Assembly (NCBI GenBank): GCA_964548885.1
Contig: CAZJSQ010000001.1
Coordinates: 52,782 to 116,781 of the forward strand
Direction of reading: 5' to 3'
Origin: an uncultured Gammaproteobacteria bacterium
GTDB taxonomy: Bacteria > Patescibacteriota > Patescibacteriia > Patescibacteriales > UBA12465
Length of the DNA: 64,000 nucleotides
The position numbers and the translations under genes are program-made. Positions 48,313 to 58,004 of the stretch are shown one piece after another. The notes under the pieces are model-generated. The model had not been told where the DNA came from. It worked only from the letters and a program-made list of their open reading frames with translations, and did not search any database. The stretch's first letter is position 1, and every line of letters starts with the position of its first letter.

Positions 48313-49617
48313 TTATTTAACCTCGAAGTTGGTGCTATAAGTTAAGCCGGAATTAAGACCCTTGACCTTGATATCCTGTTTCTCCTTCCTAACGTCGGGG
48401 ATGGTCAGGGAAGTATCAAAGCGGCCGTTTTTATCGGCGTTAGTAATCTTGATTCCAGTTGAGCCGATAAAGATTTGGAGCTGATCGTTAGCCCAGAAGC
48501 CGCCGCCGGTCAGGTTAACGACGCCGCCGACAGTCGCGGAATTATGATTCGCATTAAGATATAGGCTTTCTTGCGGTTTTTCGTCCATGTCTTCAATCGC
48601 TTTGACGGAAGCGATCTTATCTAATTTGCCGTCCAATAAAATAATATTGGAACTATTGAAGACGACTAAGATATCGCCTTTATCGGTATTGACCAGTTTT
48701 AAACCGATGGCCCAGCCCTGCGGTCCGCCGGACATAGTCGTATAGGCGAAATCGGCCACGGTGAATTTGTCTTTATTTAATTTAACGACGCCCAAGCCAT
48801 TGGAAAAATAAACGTAATCGTTACCGATAGTGCTTTCCATTCCATATCCGGCCGCGTCGAGATGTCTGAAAGAAGCCAGTAATTGGCCGGTCGTGGCGTC
48901 AAATTTCTTGGCGTAATAATCATCGATCGCGTAGATTTTGTTGTTTAAGACATCGAGATAGGCTTTATGATTCTTATTATCGGAAGCGAAGTTAAGAGAG
49001 ATTTCTTTAGTCACTTGGCGGCTGGAGCGATTAAAAATTTTAATTTTGGAATCCCCGATAGCTAAAATCTTATCGTTAGCGCCGTTACTGGTAACGCTGT
49101 AAGGTTCCACGCCGGTAAAATTATAAGAATCGATCACGTCTAAATTGCTATTGATGATCTTAACGCCCTTATCGCTGATCAAAGTTAAACTGTCGCCCAA
49201 CTTTTCTATCTCTTTATACCACTCCCAATAATTATTTTTTACCTTATTGACGAGCGTCAGGGAGTTGAGTTCAGAAAAATCATACTTAAAGACAGTATAT
49301 TGGGAAATCGCGTAGACATAGAGACTGCCGTTCTCAGACGCGAATCTTAGGTCGGAATAATCGTTATAGGAATTGAAAGTCGGATTATAGTCTTTCACCT
49401 TCACTAAAAGATCCACATCATTGCCGTTTAACTTGAAAATTTCCAAGTAACCGGAATTGGCGGTACCGAAAATAAGCTGGCCGCGATAACTAATCGCGTC
49501 GCCGGAATAATACGGCTGGATTTTAGTGCTCCCGGAATTGATGAAAACCAAGGGAGTGAGAATAATCGCCGCCGAGAAAATCAGGGCGATTCGTTTGAAT
49601 AATTTTTTCTTAATCAT
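48313..49617 (-). CDS. Secreted or anchored hypothetical protein (beta-propeller-like plus C-terminal Ig-like domain)
   Basis: N-terminal hydrophobic segment; beta-rich repeats; C-terminal V.LTGGGF…ADKNGRF…LTIP. Confidence 0.7.
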   Translation of the reverse strand: MIKKKLFKRIALIFSAAIILTPLVFINSGSTKIQPYYSGDAISYRGQLIFGTANSGYLEIFKLNGNDVDLLVKVKDYNPTFNSYNDYSDLRFASENGSLYVYAISQYTVFKYDFSELNSLTLVNKVKNNYWEWYKEIEKLGDSLTLISDKGVKIINSNLDVIDSYNFTGVEPYSVTSNGANDKILAIGDSKIKIFNRSSRQVTKEISLNFASDNKNHKAYLDVLNNKIYAIDDYYAKKFDATTGQLLASFRHLDAAGYGMESTIGNDYVYFSNGLGVVKLNKDKFTVADFAYTTMSGGPQGWAIGLKLVNTDKGDILVVFNSSNIILLDGKLDKIASVKAIEDMDEKPQESLYLNANHNSATVGGVVNLTGGGFWANDQLQIFIGSTGIKITNADKNGRFDTSLTIPDVRKEKQDIKVKGLNSGLTYSTNFEVK

Positions 49618-49774
49618 ATATGACTTATATTTGAATAAAATTTTAAATACTGGTCTATTCTAAAACCGGTATTTCTTGGCTTTTTAATTATTTTTTTATG
49701 TAATCTAAAGAGTTTATCACTTTTTAAATAAACAGTCAAGAGTAAAAGATTGGCTGCATTTTAAAATTAAAAGA

Positions 49775-49803
49775 TTGACACATATTAAGATAAATGATAT
49801 TAT
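49775..49803 (+). promoter_or_regulatory. Sigma70 promoter
   Basis: TTGACA-17 nt-TATTAT with TG extension. Confidence 0.65.
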
Positions 49804-49888
49804 AAAAGATTCTAAATATTATTAAGAGAAATTTTAAGAAATTTGGACAAAAATAGAACTTTAAAAACTTAACTAATACTGATACATA

Positions 49889-50989
49889 ATGAAAAAAGTA
49901 ATTTTTCTTATTTTATTATTAGGCGCTTTTTGCGTTAACAATTTGCGAGCGCAAAAATTGCAGGCGCCCTGGTATCTTCCGACGATGAGCCTGGAAGAAG
50001 CCAGGCAGCTTAAGGGCTACGATTGGGTCATAGTCGATCCGGAAATTATCTTCAATAGTAGAGCATCTTTAGATGCTCTGCGCGCGGATAATCCTAATAT
50101 TAAAATCTACTGCTACTTTAATGTGGCAGAATGGTTTTTCCCAATGTGGGATGATAAGCCTTGGTCCAAAAACATTGTCTCTTTCTTAGATAAGAAAGAG
50201 GAATGGTTCCTACACGGTAAAGACGGGAAAAGGTTGAATTTCTGGACGGACGAAAAAACCGGGAAGAAAATGCTGACTATGAATTGTCGCATAGACTGTC
50301 CAAAATTACCGGTCTATTCGATTAACGAAAAAATGAGTTATATCGAATTCATTACCGATCGTTTTGTTCAGGATATTCTTAGAACTTATCCATTTGACGG
50401 CGTATTAATGGATAATCTTTGGTATCGTATTACCTGGTTAGGCAAATACGGAACCAACAAAAGTGGTTTTGACTACGGGTTCATACAAAATAACGATTCA
50501 GTATCGTTGAATCTGCTTTGGAAACAGGGGATGGATTACTGTCTGAATACGCTGAAAAATTTTGGCGGTCCGGACTTTATTCTTGTCGGCAATCCTGGTC
50601 ACTTGAGCTACCCGCAGTGTTCAGGAAAGATGTTTGAAAACTTTCCTGAGATCTATCTAAATAAAAAAGATACGCTCTATGAAGCGTGGTATGAAAATCT
50701 CAACAATGCCGCGACTTTCGCGCCAGGTCCTTGCATCTTCAACGCCCGAGCCGACAATTATTTTTTTACTCTTTGCTCGGCCATGCTTCTTGATAATGTT
50801 TATTTTTCATATTTACAAAATCAAAAATATGAAAGTAAATATAATCTGGAACTGGGCAAGCCGCTGGGGCCCGCGCAAGCAGGTAACAGCATTCATAGCC
50901 GAGTTTACGAGAACGGAACAGTTTTCGTTAATCCTCTATTCGAGAAAGCTTGGATAACCTACAACGACGGACGGGAACGAAAAGAATAA
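49889..50989 (+). CDS. Secreted putative glycoside hydrolase (TIM-barrel, GHL15-like)
   Basis: Signal peptide …NLRA-Q; NPNIKIYCY, DGVLMDN, GKMFENFP, LGKPLG…RVYENGTVFVNP. Confidence 0.65.
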   Translation: MKKVIFLILLLGAFCVNNLRAQKLQAPWYLPTMSLEEARQLKGYDWVIVDPEIIFNSRASLDALRADNPNIKIYCYFNVAEWFFPMWDDKPWSKNIVSFLDKKEEWFLHGKDGKRLNFWTDEKTGKKMLTMNCRIDCPKLPVYSINEKMSYIEFITDRFVQDILRTYPFDGVLMDNLWYRITWLGKYGTNKSGFDYGFIQNNDSVSLNLLWKQGMDYCLNTLKNFGGPDFILVGNPGHLSYPQCSGKMFENFPEIYLNKKDTLYEAWYENLNNAATFAPGPCIFNARADNYFFTLCSAMLLDNVYFSYLQNQKYESKYNLELGKPLGPAQAGNSIHSRVYENGTVFVNPLFEKAWITYNDGRERKE

Positions 50990-51026
50990 TCCGCTAAAGG
51001 ATTAAGAACAAAAAGAATTTAAAATC

Positions 51027-51068
51027 AAAAAAACCGCTTATTCGCAAGGAGAAAGCGGTTTTATTTTT
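51027..51068. terminator. Bidirectional terminator
   Basis: AAAACCGCTT…AAGCGGTTTT. Confidence 0.7.
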
Positions 51069-51146
51069 GCTCGGTTATCTTTTAAGCGAAACGGTCTAAT
51101 GAGCCGAAATTACCGATGGACCTAAACTATTAATAAGCCTAAACCG

Positions 51147-52496
51147 TTAAACAACCAGATCATCTTTATCTCGTTTACTCTCCAAATAAGCGAACATCAG
51201 CGCGCCATTAAGCGCCCAGAAGCTCCACTGCAGGGAGGAATCTTTTAAAATATTGTCGCCCGCGCTGAAAAGATAGAGGGAAACAAAAAAGACGAACATA
51301 AACAGAAACAATAATTTCCGCCGCGGCCATTGCTCGTTCCTAAAACCCTGAACCAAGCGCGCTAAGAGATTAATGATCAAAGCGAGATAGGCGGCCAGAC
51401 CGATGGCACCGGTTTCCAAGAGAACTTTTATATAATCATTGTGCGGCTCGCTGGAACCTAAAATAGCGGACCGGTTATTGCCGATGACTATCGGGGCGGT
51501 TCCCGGACCGTAGCCTAATAGAGGTCGACTTTGAGCGTAACCGAGCGCGTCGCGCCATAAATCCAGACGCCAGACGGTTGAATCTGTCGCCGAGAAAGAA
51601 ACCAGACTGTTCACCCTTTCCTGGAAAGGGATGAAGATAATGTAAAAAACAATAATCAGGCCTAAACCGGCCAATAAGAAAGCCCGGAAGCGAGTCAGGC
51701 CGATTAAGAAAAAAATAATGAACAGGCAGAGCCAAGCGCCGCGGGTATAGGTTAAAACTAAAACAACCAAGAAAGGCGCCGCCAAGACAAGATATAAATA
51801 TCTTTCCACCGCCTGTTTTTTTAAAGATAAAAAAATGAAACAAGCGAGAGTGATGACGAAGACCAAATAGAAGGCGAGCATATTCGGATGGACGAAAGTC
51901 CCGTTCAAGCGCCAGCGCTCGCCGTCAAATACGCCCTGTCTATTAAGCGCCTGCCAGACGGCTACGGCTGTCGGAATAAGAGAAGAGGCGATAAGTATCC
52001 TGATAAGACTCGTTAAGCGCTTGCTGCCCCTAAAAAGATAGAAGCCGAGAACAAATAAGGCGAAGAAGCTCAACCAGCGCAAGAATTCCACCAGGCTCGC
52101 GCTCAAGCTGATGGAATTAAAAGATAGAGCGGCGGCCAAGACCAAAAATAATATCCAAGAACCGGCTAAAGGCATCTTTTTCCGCCAGCCCTTATTTTTG
52201 ATAAAAACCGCGGCCGCGAAAATAAGAACGATAACGCCCATGAGCGAAGTGAAGTTGACGCCCAGCTCGCCAAGGGAAAAGATATTCCGGTCGGTCAAAA
52301 AATCGGACGCCGTCCGCATAATAATAAGAACCGCGAAAGCGACGCGAGGATAAAAGAAAGAAGCGGTGAAAGCGCCGAGCGCCAGAATCGTTAGTAATAA
52401 CAAGCCCGGGCTTTGCGTCCAAAATATCGCGATCAAAAAAGAGACCGCCAGGAAAACGGCCGCGGCGAGAGTGAATGAACGCTTAGTCTTTTCCAT
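51147..52496 (-). CDS. O-antigen ligase / Wzy-like polysaccharide polymerase family protein
   Basis: RLNGTFVHPN, LTYTRGAW, R..LW..A…PLLGYGPG, HNDYI; ATG at 52496. Confidence 0.88.
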   Translation of the reverse strand: MEKTKRSFTLAAAVFLAVSFLIAIFWTQSPGLLLLTILALGAFTASFFYPRVAFAVLIIMRTASDFLTDRNIFSLGELGVNFTSLMGVIVLIFAAAVFIKNKGWRKKMPLAGSWILFLVLAAALSFNSISLSASLVEFLRWLSFFALFVLGFYLFRGSKRLTSLIRILIASSLIPTAVAVWQALNRQGVFDGERWRLNGTFVHPNMLAFYLVFVITLACFIFLSLKKQAVERYLYLVLAAPFLVVLVLTYTRGAWLCLFIIFFLIGLTRFRAFLLAGLGLIIVFYIIFIPFQERVNSLVSFSATDSTVWRLDLWRDALGYAQSRPLLGYGPGTAPIVIGNNRSAILGSSEPHNDYIKVLLETGAIGLAAYLALIINLLARLVQGFRNEQWPRRKLLFLFMFVFFVSLYLFSAGDNILKDSSLQWSFWALNGALMFAYLESKRDKDDLVV

Positions 52497-52595
52497 AAGA
52501 AATGCTATAATTATACATATTTCAATTTTATCAATAAAAGCTGGAAAGTCAAAGTGCGCCGCTAAAAAGCCAAGCGCCGCAATCAAAAAACTAAA

Positions 52596-53879
52596 ATGCG
52601 CATTCTCCAAGTTAATAAATTTTATTACCCCAAGGGCGGGGCGGATAAATACTTCCTCGACCTGACTAAAGCCTTGAACGCGGCCGGACACGAGACCGCG
52701 GTTTTCGCTATGGCCGATCCGCGCAATTTAAAATCACCCTATTCCAAATATTTCGCGGCGGCGGCGGAGTTTAACGGCGGCGGTTTAAAAGATAAATTGA
52801 AAATTCCGGGGCGGATGATTTATAGCCGAACCGCTCAACGTAAATTCGCGCGCGAGCTTGATGATTTCAAGCCCGATATCGTCCATGTCCATAATATCTA
52901 TCATCAGCTTTCGCCGTCAATTTTAGAAGCGGCCAAAGCCAGAGGAATTCCGGTCGTGACGCATCTTCATGACTATAAGTTAGTTTGTCCGAATTATCGC
53001 TTATTCACGAAAGGACATATTTGCCGAAAATGCTTGGATAGGAAAAGCTACTTACCCTGTTTAGCCAATAACTGTTATGAGTCTTATTCACGAAGCTTTT
53101 TGGCGACATTAGAAATGACTATCCATCATAAATGGCTTCATATCTATGAGAAGAATATTAATTTATTAATCGCCCCCAGCGAATTCATGCGGCGCTTGAT
53201 GATTGAGGGCGGTTGGCCGGAAGAGAAAATTATCACGGTTTATAATCCGGCGCCAAGAGTTTCCGAGGCGCTTTTAAACACGGAAGACGGCCTATTGAAA
53301 AATGATTATCAAAATAATTACCCGGAAGAAGATTATTTATTATACTTCGGACGCCTGGCGCCGGAAAAGGGAATCAGTGATTTAGCCAAGGCCGTAAGAT
53401 CCGCCGGCCGGCACAGCGGTCAAAAGTTACATATTGTCGGCGAGGGTTCGGAAGAAAAAAACATTCGGACGGAGTTCGGCCCGGAAATAAAAAGCGGGCA
53501 GATAAAATTATTGGGTCAGCTCTCCGGTCAATCTTTAAACGATGAAATCGCCCAAGCGCGCGCGGTTATCTTTCCGTCAATCTGGCCGGAGAATATGCCG
53601 CTCGCCCTTCTTGAGTCTTTAGCCCAAGGGAAAATAGTCATCGCCAGCCGCGTCGGCGGCTTGCCGGAAATAATCAAAGATAAAGAAAACGGCTTCCTGT
53701 TCAAAGCCGGCGATATCAAGGAACTGGAGGCGGTAATTAGAGCGGTTTGCGAGCTTAAATTTGAAGCTAAAAGAAATATAGAACTTAAGGCCAGAGAGAG
53801 TGCCCGGATACTTAACCCTGATAGCCATCTGGTCAAGATACTACAAATATACTCAAAGTTAGCCAAAAAATCGGGGTAA
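52596..53879 (+). CDS. Glycosyltransferase family 4
   Basis: GGAD.Y, PDIVHVHN, HDYKLVCP, GRLAPEKG, PSIWPENMP…ES. Confidence 0.92.
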   Translation: MRILQVNKFYYPKGGADKYFLDLTKALNAAGHETAVFAMADPRNLKSPYSKYFAAAAEFNGGGLKDKLKIPGRMIYSRTAQRKFARELDDFKPDIVHVHNIYHQLSPSILEAAKARGIPVVTHLHDYKLVCPNYRLFTKGHICRKCLDRKSYLPCLANNCYESYSRSFLATLEMTIHHKWLHIYEKNINLLIAPSEFMRRLMIEGGWPEEKIITVYNPAPRVSEALLNTEDGLLKNDYQNNYPEEDYLLYFGRLAPEKGISDLAKAVRSAGRHSGQKLHIVGEGSEEKNIRTEFGPEIKSGQIKLLGQLSGQSLNDEIAQARAVIFPSIWPENMPLALLESLAQGKIVIASRVGGLPEIIKDKENGFLFKAGDIKELEAVIRAVCELKFEAKRNIELKARESARILNPDSHLVKILQIYSKLAKKSG

Positions 53880-53949
53880 ACCCGATTTTCCTTTACCCAT
53901 TGACTAAAAAAATATAATATGTTATTGTGATAAGTCATCGAATAAATCT

Positions 53950-54597
53950 ATGGAAATTACAAGTTTTCTAAAAATAATTAAAAAACGTCAAGGGGCGATT
54001 ATTGCTTCTGTTTTGATTTTTCTGGCGATTGCTATGGTGATAACCTTCAGCCAACCGTTGAAATATCGGGTTAGCTCCCGCTTACTGATTATCTCCGACG
54101 GGGCTATTTCCGATCCTTATACCATCGCAAAATCCAATCAATATCTAAGCTCCTTATTGTCCGAGGCGGTTTATTCCGGTTCTTTCTTCCAGCTTTTAAC
54201 CGCTTCCAATTATGATATCAACTGGAATTATTTCAGCGGCGATTACAAGAAGCAGATTAAAATATGGAAGAAAAGCATTATGACCCGCAGCGTCAACGAT
54301 ACCGGCGTTCTGGAAGTGGAAGTCTATCATCCGGATCCTTACCAGGCGAGGCAAATAGCTTATGCCGTCAATAACGCTTTAATCACCCAAAATAATGTTT
54401 ATCAAGGTTCGGCGACCGGTTTAAGAGTCAAGGTCATTGACGAACCGACGGTCTCTTCTTATCCGGTCAAACCGAACCTGCCTTTGAACGCCGGCGCGGC
54501 CATTATTTTCGGCGGCGCTTTCGGCTTGGCGTATATCTATTATTTTCCGATCAGCCGCAAGGAAAGACGTTTGACCATTTTGAAAAATTTACGATAA
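53950..54597 (+). CDS. Wzz/CpsC-like polysaccharide chain-length regulator
   Basis: Two TM segments, P.Y.VSSRLLI, DP..A..IA, VIDEP…PVKPN..LN. Confidence 0.8.
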   Translation: MEITSFLKIIKKRQGAIIASVLIFLAIAMVITFSQPLKYRVSSRLLIISDGAISDPYTIAKSNQYLSSLLSEAVYSGSFFQLLTASNYDINWNYFSGDYKKQIKIWKKSIMTRSVNDTGVLEVEVYHPDPYQARQIAYAVNNALITQNNVYQGSATGLRVKVIDEPTVSSYPVKPNLPLNAGAAIIFGGAFGLAYIYYFPISRKERRLTILKNLR

Positions 54598-54729
54598 CGG
54601 CGGTGCTATAGCCGAGAGGGAATCAGATAATTAATTCCCCTTGGACTTGAAGGCCCGAAAAATATTCGGTCCTTAAAGTCCAAGATGACCTTTAAAAATT
54701 GAATATAAAAATAACTAATACTTGTTGTG

Positions 54730-55605
54730 ATGAAAAAGAAAATTTTGCTGATTATTTTTCTTCTTCTTTTAGCGTTACTAACGCTAGGAGAAAAAGCTCA
54801 AGCTCAAGAACTTATAGGCCTGGCGGGAGCGGGATTATTCCGCACCATACCAACCGCCGAAAGAACTATCGGCGACTTCGAGTTCATTGAAGGCCGACTG
54901 ATGTTTGGTAATAAGATCAGGTTCGGCCCGATGGCCAACTATACCTGGGCTTACGCCAGAATGAGTGAAGAAGACCCTTTCTATTACAAAGGGCGATTCT
55001 ATACTCTAGGCTTATCGTTTGATACCTGGGGTAAAGCTCTCGGATTGCACTATTACTCATGGCTCAATTCCGGCATCCGCTGGAGTTATGACCGGGGCGC
55101 CTCTACTGTTTACAATTCTTGGCAAAGAGATAAGCTCTTCCTGATTCAGGGAGGTTTGAGATTGACCAAGATTGAAAGTAAATGGTTCAGCAATAGCCTA
55201 TTTATGGGTGAACTGCTAGAGCCGATTGAAAACGGTGAAAACCGTTACAGCACTATTCCCGATATAGTCGTTGCCGGGACTCCTTATAAGAAAGGCGGAT
55301 ACCGTCTCACTTATGAAACAGGAATAAAAAAATTTGCGTTTTCCGTTAGGGAACGGGAAATCAGGTTTGAACCTATCGCCCATCTCGGGTATGGCTCGGA
55401 GAAAGCTTATAACCGCCAGTATATTGAATACGGCGGCGGATTTGCCTTTAGCTATTTTAAGGAATGGCAGAGGGAATTATTCAAGATTAAAGCATTTCAG
55501 CACCAAGATCTTGATGGGTATAACCCGCAAAGTAATGACGGCTCTCAACCGCCACGATTGCAGGTCGAAATTGTAATTAACCTGCTTAACTGGAAAATTA
55601 ACTAG
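54730..55605 (+). CDS. Secreted hypothetical protein, outer-membrane beta-barrel-like
   Basis: Signal peptide ending KAQA-Q; alternating strands YTLGLSFDT, WLNSGIRWSY, YRLTYETG, IEYGGGFAFSY, LQVEIVIN. Confidence 0.7.
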   Translation: MKKKILLIIFLLLLALLTLGEKAQAQELIGLAGAGLFRTIPTAERTIGDFEFIEGRLMFGNKIRFGPMANYTWAYARMSEEDPFYYKGRFYTLGLSFDTWGKALGLHYYSWLNSGIRWSYDRGASTVYNSWQRDKLFLIQGGLRLTKIESKWFSNSLFMGELLEPIENGENRYSTIPDIVVAGTPYKKGGYRLTYETGIKKFAFSVREREIRFEPIAHLGYGSEKAYNRQYIEYGGGFAFSYFKEWQRELFKIKAFQHQDLDGYNPQSNDGSQPPRLQVEIVINLLNWKIN

Positions 55606-55647
55606 AATGAAAAAAATTATCACAAATTAAAAAAGGAGAAATTAATC

Positions 55648-56630
55648 ATGGAAACGAAAAAACCGAATGTCACAGGAAAAAAAGCAAATTCTATCCGTTT
55701 CGATGGATAATAGTAGGAATACTTTTACTGTTATTAGTTGGAGCCTTAGTTGCGAGCTATATTTGCTCTCATCACAGACAAGTCAAGAATATCAACTGGG
55801 TCGAAATTGACTCAACTTATCTGGCAAATCTTAAGAAAGACTCGCAGAGTTTATTGGATTTAAGAGGAGAATTCGAAAGCACTAAGTCTGCTCTGAAAAT
55901 GAGTACGGATCAGACGATAATACTGCAGTATGAACTGGATAAATGCCTGGGAGTAAAGAAGACGGTCGTGAAAAATACGACTTCGACCGCGAAGAAATTA
56001 TTGCCGCCACCTCCTCCACCTCCTCCTAAACCAAAAGCTGCAGCCGTTAGTTCGACTGATTTAGTTGCTAAAGAAACCTTCAAGCCGCCAGCCGAGAAAC
56101 CAAAGATGGAATCAACCTACAAAACTTCTCTGGATGGAACAAAATTTATTGGCCTGAAGGACGGAGATTTTTACATCACCATTTCCGACGGCGGTTATCT
56201 GCAGTATGTTTTCGCTAAAAGATTGTACGACGAAGCCGGTGGTAAAGGAATGCCGGAATTAAATTCTAAGGGGAGTGGTAAGTTGTTTGAGTTAGATGGC
56301 GATTTCTATATTTATATAGATAAAACAGCGCCGGCGACCGGAGTTGCCCTAACGCACACTTACTTATGGACTGTGTACATAGGCGATAGAGATGGTTACA
56401 GCGCATACTTGCCGCATGAACTCATTAAGCCGGATATAATTCGGGCTAGAGGGGAATTGGCAGGTACTATCAGCCCGGAAGACGTGATAAAAATCGGAGA
56501 ATCAGTCTCCGAAATTCAAAATGGTCGAATAAAGCCTAATAAAATTACGGCTATTGGTGATTACGACGGTTTGAAATATGAAGGGTGGCATTTCTGCACC
56601 CCCGTTATGTATAAAACCATGCAGGAGTAG
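55648..56630 (+). CDS. Membrane-anchored protein with coiled coil and poly-Pro linker, interrupted by a -1 frameshift near the 5' end
   Basis: AAGGAG then ATG 55648 gives 20 aa then a stop; the -1 frame is open 55611-56630 and contains TM WIIVGILLLLLVGALVASYIC; A6 and A7 runs at 55657 and 55677. Confidence 0.65.
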
Positions 56631-56646
56631 TTCTCTACAAAAATAC

Positions 56647-56676
56647 AAAGGGTCTGACTAAAACAGACCCTTTTTT
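56647..56676 (+). terminator. Intrinsic terminator
   Basis: AAAGGGTCTG-loop-CAGACCCTTTTTT. Confidence 0.8.
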
Positions 56677-56700
56677 ATATACTTTAGTTTTTTATTTTCC

Positions 56701-56729
56701 TTGACAAAAATATAAAAATATTATACAAT
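56701..56729 (+). promoter_or_regulatory. Sigma70 promoter
   Basis: TTGACA-17 nt-TACAAT. Confidence 0.7.
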
Positions 56730-56769
56730 GTATTTACAAATGTCCAAAAACATTATATAATAATTTGTT

Positions 56770-57885
56770 ATGAGAATCGCATTTATCGGACAAAAAGGCG
56801 TGCCGACTCAAAACGGCGGCGTCGAAAGATACGTAGAAAGCCTGGCCCTTGACCTGGTAAACAGAGGGGTGGAGGTTTTAGTATATTCTCGTCGCTATTA
56901 TAGCCGGGGCATTAAGGAATATAAAGGCATTAAAGTCATTTCCTTGCCCAGTATCAAAAGTAAAAACCTGGAAGCGATTTTCAATACTTTTTTAGCCTGT
57001 TTTGACGTTGCTCGGCGTAAAGTTGACGCGATTAATTTTCAAGCCATCGGCCCGGCTTCTTTAATCTGGCTGGTTAAAATATTTAAACCGAAGACGCCGA
57101 TAATCTTCACTTTTCATTGTCGAGACTATTATCATAAAAAATGGGGGTTCTTCGCGCGGTTCTATCTGAAATTCGGAGAAAGGATCGGCTGCCGCTGTGC
57201 GGATAAAGTCGTGGTCACTTCTCGAGTCTTGAAAGAATACGTTAAAAAAACGTATGGCTTTGATCCTATTTATATTCCTTACGGCGCTTATGCTCAAGAA
57301 ATTATTCCGGTTAGAGACATCAGACGCTGGGGCTTGGAAGAAAAAAATTATCTGGCCTATATCGGCCGTCTAGTCCGTCATAAGAATGTCCACCTCTTGA
57401 TTGCCGCTTTCAAACAGATAAAAACCGATAAAAAATTAGTCATCGTCGGCGGTTCTTCTTATACCGATAATTATGTCAGGGAATTAATGGACTTGGCTAA
57501 AGATGACGAGCGGATTATCTTTACCGATAATCAGTCCGGACATATCTTAAATGAATTATTCGCCAATACTTATGTCTTCGTCCAGCCGTCCGAATATGAA
57601 GGCCTGTCGGTCGCGCTTCTGGAAGCTATGGGCTGGGGCTTAGCCTGCCTGGTCAGCGATATCGACCAAAATCTCGAAGGGATTGAGGGTACCGGCCTGA
57701 GCTTCAAAGAGGGCGATGTTCAAGATTTGAAAGAGAGGCTGGAATATTTATTGGCTAATCCGGCTGAAGCAGAACGCTTAGGTCGAGCGGCTAGAGAGAG
57801 AATTAAAAATGAATATAATTGGCCCGGAGTCGCTTCCCAATTGGAAACCGTCTACCGCGAGGCCATTGCCGGCCGGAAGAAATAA
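56770..57885 (+). CDS. Glycosyltransferase family 4
   Basis: IGQKGVP…GGVERYV, GRLV..KN, PSEYEGLSVALLEAM. Confidence 0.92.
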   Translation: MRIAFIGQKGVPTQNGGVERYVESLALDLVNRGVEVLVYSRRYYSRGIKEYKGIKVISLPSIKSKNLEAIFNTFLACFDVARRKVDAINFQAIGPASLIWLVKIFKPKTPIIFTFHCRDYYHKKWGFFARFYLKFGERIGCRCADKVVVTSRVLKEYVKKTYGFDPIYIPYGAYAQEIIPVRDIRRWGLEEKNYLAYIGRLVRHKNVHLLIAAFKQIKTDKKLVIVGGSSYTDNYVRELMDLAKDDERIIFTDNQSGHILNELFANTYVFVQPSEYEGLSVALLEAMGWGLACLVSDIDQNLEGIEGTGLSFKEGDVQDLKERLEYLLANPAEAERLGRAARERIKNEYNWPGVASQLETVYREAIAGRKK

Positions 57886-58004
57886 AAATCTTCCGCCTTG
57901 CCGCCGGGTGATTTATAAAAAAAATCGTTCGGCGAGAAGGAATGGTCCTTTTAAAATTGAATAGTAAAAATTAATAGCAATAACCAATACAAAAGAATCA
58001 TGCC

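Noticed and set aside
52497-52691. N-terminal extension of the O-antigen ligase ORF overlapping the GT4 gene
   Set aside because: ATG at 52496 gives a normal start and leaves a divergent promoter gap; the extension would overlap the GT4 gene head-to-head.
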